Part shown: in pieces, positions 1-6,044 of the stretch
Numbering within the stretch: the first letter of the stretch is position 1
Layout: each line of letters begins with the position of its first letter
Source of the DNA: a virus
Lineage: Duplodnaviria; Caudoviricetes
DNA: 64,000 nucleotides
Virus record (IMG/VR): IMGVR_UViG_3300037842_000377
Span: 1-64,000 of that record
Strand: one strand, 5' to 3'
Position numbers and translations under genes: made by a program
Notes under the pieces: model-generated
Database searches by the model: none
The model's input: the letters and a program-made list of their open reading frames with translations, nothing else
Told to the model about the DNA's origin: nothing

Positions 1-61
1 CAAATATCTATGACAAGTTTATGGATAGGTACTTCGAGTGGGAAGAAAGCGAATAAAAGAG

Positions 62-89
62 TTGACATACGGTGAATGTACTGTATAAT
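62..89 (+). promoter_or_regulatory. sigma70-type promoter for tRNA-Ala
   Basis: TTGACA (62-67), 16-nt spacer, TATAAT (84-89) directly before the tRNA. Confidence 0.65.
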
Positions 90-162
90 GGGGACATAGC
101 TCAACTGGGAGAGCACCGCCCTTGCAAGGCGAAGGTTGCAGGTTCGATCCCTGTTGTTTCCA
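90..162 (+). tRNA. tRNA-Ala(UGC), CCA not encoded
   Basis: Acceptor GGGGACA/TGTTTCC with G3:U70, D arm AGCTCAACTGGGAGAGC, anticodon loop CTTGCAA, T arm GCAGG-TTCGATC-CCTGT. Confidence 0.92.
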
Positions 163-258
163 ATTACCTCTTAGGAATGATTGAAAGGAAAACCGGGGTC
201 TGAACGTGGCAGGAATTGATCTGTAAACTCGCGACCGGGGTTTTAAAAAGGAAGAATA

Positions 259-534
259 ATGAAATCGTCAGTAGTTAAAGATCTTACAGCTATGTGTTTA
301 GTACCTCCTATGTTGGCGTTACTTTGTATAGTTGGTTGTTTACCGGACTCACATCCGGATTCTAACTACCAGCAAAGTAGGCAAAAACGACTGAAGATGG
401 AAATACAAAACGATCTTCATATCGTTAAGGTGGGCAAATGCCAATACGTACTGTGGTATAACGGCTACGGGTCAGATATGGAACACTACGGTGCTTGCGA
501 ACATTGTGCTAATTTTCAGAAAAAGGACAAATAA
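259..534 (+). CDS. hypothetical protein, possible lipoprotein signal
   Basis: ORF with AAGGAAG RBS; hydrophobic N-terminus ending IVGC. Confidence 0.65.
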   Translation: MKSSVVKDLTAMCLVPPMLALLCIVGCLPDSHPDSNYQQSRQKRLKMEIQNDLHIVKVGKCQYVLWYNGYGSDMEHYGACEHCANFQKKDK

Positions 535-836
535 TGATCAAGATCACAGTCTCAGAAGCCGATAAACCTAGTGAGCCACTTATGAAGCTGTCTGAAATGT
601 TGGACTCTCCATATGGGACGGTCTTTCAGCAGTATATAGAAGGCAACCCCTCAAAAGAGTTCTGGATAAGCTGTGGTCATAGTGAGAAATCATTGGTAAA
701 CTTCTGGTGGGATGAAGAAGGCGGCTGTCACAAACTAAGTACAGATAGCAAGAAAACACTTAGATTACTCAAAGAGTCCATTCAGGCAAAACGTGTGGAC
801 GCAGATCTAAAATTGAAATTGAAAGTGAAAAAATAG
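534..836 (+). CDS. hypothetical protein
   Basis: ORF coupled to the upstream gene (TAATG). Confidence 0.7.
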   Translation: MIKITVSEADKPSEPLMKLSEMLDSPYGTVFQQYIEGNPSKEFWISCGHSEKSLVNFWWDEEGGCHKLSTDSKKTLRLLKESIQAKRVDADLKLKLKVKK

Positions 837-847
837 TCAAAAAGACC

Positions 848-876
848 TTGACAAACAGGGTCCAGTAGACTATAAT
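848..876 (+). promoter_or_regulatory. consensus sigma70 promoter upstream of the ncRNA array and 585-aa gene
   Basis: TTGACA (848-853), 17 nt, TATAAT (871-876). Confidence 0.88.
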
Positions 877-880
877 ATAT

Positions 881-933
881 GAGACAACAGGGGTTCCTAT
901 AAAAATCAATTTATGAAACTTACCCCTCGTCTT
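881..933 (+). ncRNA. repeated RNA helix, copy 1 (minimal A/U-rich loop)
   Basis: GAGAC-AAC-AGGGGT-TCCTAT...AAACTT-ACCCCT-C-GTCTT. Confidence 0.8.
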
Positions 934-939
934 TTTTTT

Positions 940-1052
940 GCAAGCGTAGCTCAATTGGCAGAGCACCAGATGTTACTTGTCAACTACGGTTAAAATCAAG
1001 TTCCTAACAAATTTTAAACTGTTAGATGCAGGTTCGAATCCTGCCGCTTGCA
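940..1052 (+). ncRNA. tRNA-like RNA (Lys-like remnant) with circularly permuted helix copy 2 in the anticodon arm
   Basis: Acceptor GCAAGCG/CGCTTGC-A, D arm AGCTCAATTGGCAGAGC, T arm GCAGG-TTCGAAT-CCTGC; anticodon arm holds ACTTGT-C-AAC-TACG-GTT-AAA-ATCAAGT-TCCTAA. Confidence 0.8.
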
Positions 1053-1055
1053 TTA

Positions 1056-1141
1056 GTGGTACAGAAAGTTCCTATCCGCTACTTCGGTAGCATGGTAAAC
1101 CCTTTCGGGGGTTTAGGTTCAAATCCTATACTTTCCACCAC
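1056..1141 (+). ncRNA. repeated RNA helix, copy 3, with two UUCG hairpins and a T-arm
   Basis: GTGGT-ACA-GAAAGT-TCCTAT...[GCTAC-TTCG-GTAGC][AAACCCT-TTCG-GGGGTTT][TAGG-TTCAAAT-CCTA]...ACTTTC-C-ACCAC. Confidence 0.8.
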
Positions 1142-1155
1142 AGTGATACAAATCA

Positions 1156-1202
1156 TGGGCATAAAGAGTTCCTATAAAAAATTGAAACTTACTCTTCGCC
1201 CA
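1156..1202 (+). ncRNA. repeated RNA helix, copy 4 (minimal loop)
   Basis: TGGGC-ATA-AAGAGT-TCCTAT...AAACTT-ACTCTT-C-GCCCA. Confidence 0.8.
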
Positions 1203-1210
1203 GTTAAAAC

Positions 1211-1296
1211 ATAGGTATAGAGAGTTCCTATTAAACCTCTGCCGCTAGGGCCACTTCGGTGGCAAGGCGGCTCCAAAAAATCTACTCTCCACTTAT
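1211..1296 (+). ncRNA. repeated RNA helix, copy 5, with GC-rich UUCG hairpin cargo
   Basis: ATAGGT-ATA-GAGAGT-TCCTAT...[GCCGC-TAGG-GCCAC-TTCG-GTGGC-AAG-GCGGC]...ACTCTC-C-ACTTAT. Confidence 0.8.
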
Positions 1297-1317
1297 TTTT
1301 TAGGAAGGACGTTAGCT

Positions 1318-3075
1318 ATGAAAACTCTGGAATTGTTTAACGCTGTTGTAGCCAAGCCAAGCAAGTCGGTTGACCCATTCGTGTCAGACCAAGGGTTTGT
1401 TGTTACTCCAGACGCTGCTTGGGCTAAGGATCGCATCGTTGCGTTCTATGGTCAGAACAAGTTGGACGGGAATGACCTGAACAAGGGTTTCCATAAGAGT
1501 TTCGCGAGGGTACGCAACTCATCTCGTTTTGAACTTGCTATGGAGCAGATCCGTCACTACGCATCTACTTACGGTAGCAACTTTGAAGACGAAATGTACA
1601 TCCCAGACGAAGTTCTGGAAGTGCCTGACGTTAAGTTGACGTTCAAGGTTGTTCGTGGTTTGACCGTGGAAGAAATGACAGAACGCTGTTTGGACATGCT
1701 TCGCTCAGGTATCGCCCTGACTGAAGAAACCGTTGACAGTTTGCTATCTATTCTACATGACGAATTGAACTACTCATTTACCGGAAAGGAAGGCGTTAAG
1801 AACAAAGAAGCGATCATCAAGATTGCTGATGCGTATGGCGTTATTCCTGACGATACAATGGAGTTCTTCCGTTACGTCATCTACCGTGCGACTGGGGAAA
1901 CCCTGTTGATCAAGAATGACAAGGCTATTGCTGCTATCAAGGAATCGTCTTTTAACCCATCTGTTCAGTTCCGTGCTCATGGAGTGGACCGTCTGGCGAC
2001 CATCTTCAATCGCTTTAAGCCACTGTTTTTGGCATTCAAGGGTCGATGCCCTGCTGTCATCAATAAGATCTCAAAGCTGTCTAAGACTCGTCATAAGCCT
2101 GTTCCACAGAACGCTTTGAATGAAGTGACAAGTCGTGTGTTGACTACTTGTGACCTTCACTGGTTGGACAACGCTACGCCCTTCGCTGTGTTCAAAGCTA
2201 TGACTGCGGTTTTCAATCGTATGCAGGGTCAAACTGTATTCAATTACCGTATTCGTAATGGTAAGAGTTGGGTTAAGGAAGGTAATGCACCTAAGGTCTT
2301 GGACATGGTGCAGAACTTTAATTTCCTGTCTGACTACGCTACTAAGCGTTGGAATCTGTTAGGGACTAAGGTTTTCCTTCCAGAGGATGTATCATACGCT
2401 GTGCCTACCTCTGAAAAGATGTTTGTGGGGAATATTCCTACGGGCAGCAAGTTTTTCGGAGAAAAGCTATGCGTTGGGATCTACTGGGAAAATGCTTGGG
2501 GTGCTCGTGACCTTGACCTCTCTGCCAGTGCTATTACTGGTGAAAAGATTGGTTGGAACGCTGGGTACTCTACGGGGTTACTTACTTACAGTGGGGACAT
2601 TACTAACGCTCCTAGCGGGGCTGTGGAATACCTACACTGTAAGAGTGGGACTAATCAGCCTTGGCTTGTACATAATAACGTATACTCAGGGTCTGATACA
2701 TCCGGATACAAGATCATTGTTGGTGCTGGAGACAGTGTTGACAAGAAGTTCCTGATGGACCCCAATAAGGTTACGATGGAAGTACGGACTGAAGCGGTTC
2801 AGAAGCAAATGATCCTTGGGATGTTTTTGCCTGAATCGAACGATACTCAGTCTTTTGTTCTTCTGAACTTTGGTGCTGGTCACGCAAGGGTCGGAGGTAG
2901 AAACACATTGGGAGTGCAGGCTCTGTACGAACAATACAAGAGCGTGTTTGACTTCGGACTGTTGCTACAAACACTGGGTGCGGAAGTTGTTACTGAAATC
3001 GATCCAGAGGATGAAGTCCTAGACTTCTCTGTGGATAAGTTGACAAAGGATAGCTTTACTAAGCTATTCAAGTAG
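1318..3075 (+). CDS. 585-aa phage protein with TerD-like C-terminal domain; candidate partner of the upstream RNA array
   Basis: Long ORF, RBS AGGAAGG; motifs FHKSF..EQIRHYASTYG, W..ARDLDLSA and YSGDITNAPSGAVEY. Confidence 0.85.
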   Translation: MKTLELFNAVVAKPSKSVDPFVSDQGFVVTPDAAWAKDRIVAFYGQNKLDGNDLNKGFHKSFARVRNSSRFELAMEQIRHYASTYGSNFEDEMYIPDEVLEVPDVKLTFKVVRGLTVEEMTERCLDMLRSGIALTEETVDSLLSILHDELNYSFTGKEGVKNKEAIIKIADAYGVIPDDTMEFFRYVIYRATGETLLIKNDKAIAAIKESSFNPSVQFRAHGVDRLATIFNRFKPLFLAFKGRCPAVINKISKLSKTRHKPVPQNALNEVTSRVLTTCDLHWLDNATPFAVFKAMTAVFNRMQGQTVFNYRIRNGKSWVKEGNAPKVLDMVQNFNFLSDYATKRWNLLGTKVFLPEDVSYAVPTSEKMFVGNIPTGSKFFGEKLCVGIYWENAWGARDLDLSASAITGEKIGWNAGYSTGLLTYSGDITNAPSGAVEYLHCKSGTNQPWLVHNNVYSGSDTSGYKIIVGAGDSVDKKFLMDPNKVTMEVRTEAVQKQMILGMFLPESNDTQSFVLLNFGAGHARVGGRNTLGVQALYEQYKSVFDFGLLLQTLGAEVVTEIDPEDEVLDFSVDKLTKDSFTKLFK

Positions 3076-3081
3076 GAGATT

Positions 3082-3210
3082 GGAAGGTTAATGTATTCCT
3101 GGGGCTAAATACCGTAGCTATCGTGAAATAAACACCAGACGTTCCCATATGCGAGCGAGGTACTGGTGATAAAAACACGACGTAGCCTGATTACAGGAAA
3201 CTGTACTTCC
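3082..3210 (+). ncRNA. long irregular rod-shaped RNA of unknown family
   Basis: Nested pairs GGAAG/CTTCC, TTCCTG/CAGGAA, GGGCTA/TAGCCT, TCGTG/CACGA, CACCAG/CTGGTG, CGTTC/GAGCG; no ORF. Confidence 0.55.
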
Positions 3211-3300
3211 TTTTGTTGCCACGCCAGTTGTCGCTGGCTAGTCGGGTGTTCCTCTAAATCCCGATGATTGAAGTAGGCTGACTGCCTATAAAACTACGGA

Positions 3301-3387
3301 GGCGGTAATTGAATTAGCCGGTGGAGGGTTAAATCCCAGTGAAGCTAGGTATGATGTAGGGGTGAGAAGCCCTGTTCGATTGCTGTT
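3301..3387 (+). ncRNA. tRNA-like structured RNA with two T-loop-like hairpins
   Basis: 13-bp closing stem GGCGGTAATTGAA/TTCGATTGCTGTT enclosing GGG-TTAAAT-CCC and TAGGG-GTGAGAAG-CCCTG; followed by a U-run. Confidence 0.5.
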
Positions 3388-3392
3388 TTTTT

Positions 3393-3501
3393 GTGATTGT
3401 GGCCGTAATGAGACAATTGGCGACTCACCCTGACTCTCGTATTATTTCCCATAAATTGGGTGTCAGGTCGGTTTATGCAGGTTCGACTCCTGTCAATCAC
3501 A
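3393..3501 (+). ncRNA. aberrant tRNA-like RNA with enlarged anticodon loop
   Basis: Acceptor GTGATTG/CAATCAC-A, D arm TGAG..TTGG..CTCA, stem CCTGAC/GTCAGG around a 27-nt insert, T arm GCAGG-TTCGACT-CCTGT. Confidence 0.65.
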
Positions 3502-3529
3502 CTAACCATTCTGAATGGTTTTACAATAC

Positions 3530-3803
3530 GGGGGCGTACTGGAATTGATTGGTAGACGGAGACTTCAACAACATGTGCTAGGTGGCGTGGAGGCTAGCTA
3601 AAAACCACACCAAACGATAACTGTAAACTCTTTTGCACTTGCAGCGTAAGCTGTGGGGCTTCTGTGAGCCTCATCACTCAATCACAGAGAGATCCTTCGG
3701 GAACTATCGCTAACAGCAAGAACCGTGCCTTAGGCACTAAACATGTAAAAACTGTTGATTTTGAAACCTATACAACACGCGGATTCGACTTCCGCCGCCT
3801 CCA
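3530..3803 (+). ncRNA. ssrA: tmRNA (one-piece, compact, 274 nt), tag (A)VNSFALAA
   Basis: GGGGGCG/CGCCTCC-A acceptor with G3:U70, T arm GCGGA-TTCGACT-TCCGC; ATAACT then GTA AAC TCT TTT GCA CTT GCA GCG TAA (3623-3649). Confidence 0.92.
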
Positions 3804-3923
3804 ATTCTTTTTCCCACGGTCTCCATCAGTTTTTGTGTACCTAATAATGGAAGCGGCGGAAAAACGATTGAAAGTCTCTAATGGTTGAGACTTAACTTTA
3901 GATCTTTTAGAAAGGAATTAAGT

Positions 3924-4313
3924 ATGAGAGGTCTTGTTTTGTTTGCTACTCTAGTAGCCTCAGTTGGTTCAGTGAGTTCAGCACAGGCGGGCGGTCCCTG
4001 TGTTACTGAGGTTCACGCGGTAGTGCCAGCGATTTACGTCGTTGAGCGACCTTCCATTTGTGTAAAACTGAAGGATCGGTTTTGCCTGATGAAGTCTCGT
4101 CTGAAGTCGTCGTTGACGACACGTAGGGTTCCAGCGTTTATAACGTCGGAAGAACTCTGTGCTGTTAAGAGGATTCGCTGTAAAGACGCTATCATTCAGC
4201 GTCAGAAAGAAGAAATTGAGGCACAGCAACGGGAGTTGGAACGGCGTAGGTCCGTAGCAGGGGTCGCTATTGTACCTTTCCAATACCGTACTTTGAAGTA
4301 TTACTCAAGATAG
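3924..4313 (+). CDS. hypothetical secreted protein
   Basis: ATG after AAGGA RBS; signal-peptide-like MRGLVLFATLVASVGSVSSAQA. Confidence 0.7.
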   Translation: MRGLVLFATLVASVGSVSSAQAGGPCVTEVHAVVPAIYVVERPSICVKLKDRFCLMKSRLKSSLTTRRVPAFITSEELCAVKRIRCKDAIIQRQKEEIEAQQRELERRRSVAGVAIVPFQYRTLKYYSR

Positions 4314-4329
4314 AATGCTTAAACACCTG

Positions 4330-4356
4330 AGACCGGCTTTTGAGCCGGTCTTTTTT
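4330..4356 (+). terminator. intrinsic terminator
   Basis: AGACCGGCT-TTTG-AGCCGGTCT followed by T-run. Confidence 0.85.
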
Positions 4357-4387
4357 ATTGGTATAGTCTAAAAATTCCAAAAACGAT

Positions 4388-4416
4388 TTGTCTTTTAGGT
4401 GGTTGTAGACTATAAT
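4388..4416 (+). promoter_or_regulatory. sigma70-type promoter
   Basis: TTGTCT-17-TATAAT, same GTAGACTATAAT context as the 848 promoter. Confidence 0.65.
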
Positions 4417-4458
4417 ATAACAACCAAATACAATTCTTTTAACAGGAGAAACAGAGAA

Positions 4459-4653
4459 GTGGCAGAAGAACAAGTGGCCTCAGTAGAGGAAATGGCAAAA
4501 GTTCACCTTATGAATGTTGAACGAGAGATCGTTGGTCTTGAGGAAAAGCGAGTAGCCATTGTAGCAGAGATTGAACGACTATCGCTTTACTTGAAGCAGG
4601 GACGTTCTACATTGGGTATCGATGGGCAGGAAGCAGCACCTGAGAGTGCGTAA
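4459..4653 (+). CDS. small coiled-coil hypothetical protein
   Basis: GTG after AGGAG RBS; heptad-like LEEKRVAIVAEIERL. Confidence 0.6.
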   Translation: MAEEQVASVEEMAKVHLMNVEREIVGLEEKRVAIVAEIERLSLYLKQGRSTLGIDGQEAAPESA

Positions 4654-4691
4654 TAATTATCAGTCCGAATTTGTAAATCTTGGAGTATCAG

Positions 4692-5036
4692 ATGAATCAG
4701 AATTGTTGGAACGGAGCGGGTCGGCTAACTAGTGATGCGGAATTTAACACAACGAGAAAGGGAACGTCCATGTCTAAGTTTAGGCTGGCCGTCAATGATC
4801 ATCGTAACGATGACACGTTGTTTATCAATGTTTTATGTTTTGGTAAGATGGCGGAAAACCTCAATCCTATGCTTCTTAGGGGCCGTTGCGTGGCTATTAC
4901 TGGCAAGCTAAAGATTGACAACTACGAGGATGAAGAAAAAAACAAGAAAAGTTCCGTCTGTATTATGGCAGACGATATCTCCCTCGGTCCCGATCCATCA
5001 CAGATCATACCAAGGGATAAAAATTCAGACAGATAA
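4692..5036 (+). CDS. ssb: single-stranded DNA-binding protein
   Basis: GRLTSDAE..FRLAVN..FINVLCFGKMAE..G..V.ITGKL OB-fold SSB pattern. Confidence 0.9.
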   Translation: MNQNCWNGAGRLTSDAEFNTTRKGTSMSKFRLAVNDHRNDDTLFINVLCFGKMAENLNPMLLRGRCVAITGKLKIDNYEDEEKNKKSSVCIMADDISLGPDPSQIIPRDKNSDR

Positions 5037-5089
5037 TGGTGGTCCACCTTTCGATGATGCGATGGGTACGGGGATAGACACCACTATTT

Positions 5090-5120
5090 AAGCCCCGGCG
5101 GGTAACTGTCGGGGTTTTTT
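5090..5120 (+). terminator. intrinsic terminator
   Basis: AGCCCCGGCGG-GTAA-CTGTCGGGGTT followed by T-run. Confidence 0.8.
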
Positions 5121-5142
5121 CGTAAATACTCTAAAGTAACCC

Positions 5143-5170
5143 TTGACAATCAGCCGATATAGACTATAAT
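5143..5170 (+). promoter_or_regulatory. sigma70-type promoter
   Basis: TTGACA-16-TATAAT. Confidence 0.75.
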
Positions 5171-5235
5171 AAGGGGATGAAGATGATTGATCGAAGAACA
5201 TTCAAGTAGGTGTATACTGAAAGAGGATTTCCCAA

Positions 5236-5664
5236 ATGGACGACCCTAGATCTATAGACCTGATGGTAAAACTATGTAGCTACGTCATAGGAACCTTCTG
5301 GTTTCTCTGTTTTTTCAACGGTTTAACTAACAAGAGCGTGAAACCACTCAAGATCCCAGAGCGTTTTGATCTTGGGTACATAGACGACCCTCCTGAGGCT
5401 CCACCCGTAGTGGCTGTTGAGCTACCTAAGGCTAAGAAGAAAAAGAAGAAGGGTAAGAAGAAAAAGAAGGGTAAGAACGCCTCACCTAAGGCTAAACCCA
5501 TCCCGCTCCCTGAACGTCAACAACATCCAGCTTATCATGATTGTGTTGACGCACTAGTGGGCCTTGGAGAACGACGAGGGTCAGCGAAACGAACGGTAAA
5601 CAAGTTTCTAACCGAAAACCCACGTACAAAAACTGTGCAGGAATTTTTAACGGAGGTATTCTAA
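5236..5664 (+). CDS. membrane-anchored protein with poly-Lys linker and RuvA-C-terminal-like domain
   Basis: N-terminal TM; KAKKKKKKGKKKKKGK; DCVDALVGLGERRGSAKRTV resembles RuvA domain III. Confidence 0.65.
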   Translation: MDDPRSIDLMVKLCSYVIGTFWFLCFFNGLTNKSVKPLKIPERFDLGYIDDPPEAPPVVAVELPKAKKKKKKGKKKKKGKNASPKAKPIPLPERQQHPAYHDCVDALVGLGERRGSAKRTVNKFLTENPRTKTVQEFLTEVF

Positions 5665-5843
5665 TGAAAATTGTTATTGACACAGACCGCTGGAATATAG
5701 TTAAATGTCTCCGCAGGAAATTCAATAAGCCCCCTAAAAATTGGTGGCACTATCACACTAAAGACTGTGGAACAAAGTATCGTGGGTGTTCACCCGATTG
5801 CCCTAAAGATATTTATGAAGAAACTGGTAAGTGGAAGGGTTGA
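5664..5843 (+). CDS. small Cys/His-rich hypothetical protein (59 aa, not in ORF track)
   Basis: TAATG coupling, GGAGG RBS; MKIVIDTDRW...HYHTKDCGTKYRGCSPDCPK. Confidence 0.6.
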   Translation: MKIVIDTDRWNIVKCLRRKFNKPPKNWWHYHTKDCGTKYRGCSPDCPKDIYEETGKWKG

Positions 5844-5846
5844 TAA

Positions 5847-6044
5847 ATGAGTTGTAATGAACTAAAAGAGGGAACATTTTACCTTGTCAGCACCCCGTCA
5901 GTAAAAGGTAGGTTCCAGTATGCTGGCCTAGTACGTGGCCGTTTCCGAAAACATTTATTTCAACATTTTGCCATAGATCTTTATCTTACTGAGGATGAAA
6001 TTATGTGGTATGTAGAAAAGGATAAAACTAATGCGAATATATGA
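5847..6044 (+). CDS. hypothetical protein
   Basis: Short ORF filling the operon gap. Confidence 0.55.
   Translation: MSCNELKEGTFYLVSTPSVKGRFQYAGLVRGRFRKHLFQHFAIDLYLTEDEIMWYVEKDKTNANI

Noticed and set aside
940-1052. Functional tRNA-Lys with group I or BHB intron
   Set aside because: The insert is far too short for a group I intron, shows no clear bulge-helix-bulge, and matches the neighbouring repeat motif instead.
769-1214. ORFs 769-966 (-) and 1026-1214 (+)
   Set aside because: They overlap the promoter and structured RNAs and lack an RBS; likely spurious.
881-1296. CRISPR array or DNA direct-repeat interpretation of the GTTCCTA repeats
   Set aside because: Only ~7 nt are identical, spacing is irregular, the flanks covary as RNA stems and one copy is permuted; no cas operon is nearby.
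3242-3264. GTGTTCCTCT as a sixth copy of the helix motif
   Set aside because: It lacks the AC-starting partner strand and the 3-nt/C internal loop; it is just a hairpin loop.
3664-3888. 74-aa ORF
   Set aside because: Lies within the tmRNA 3' half.
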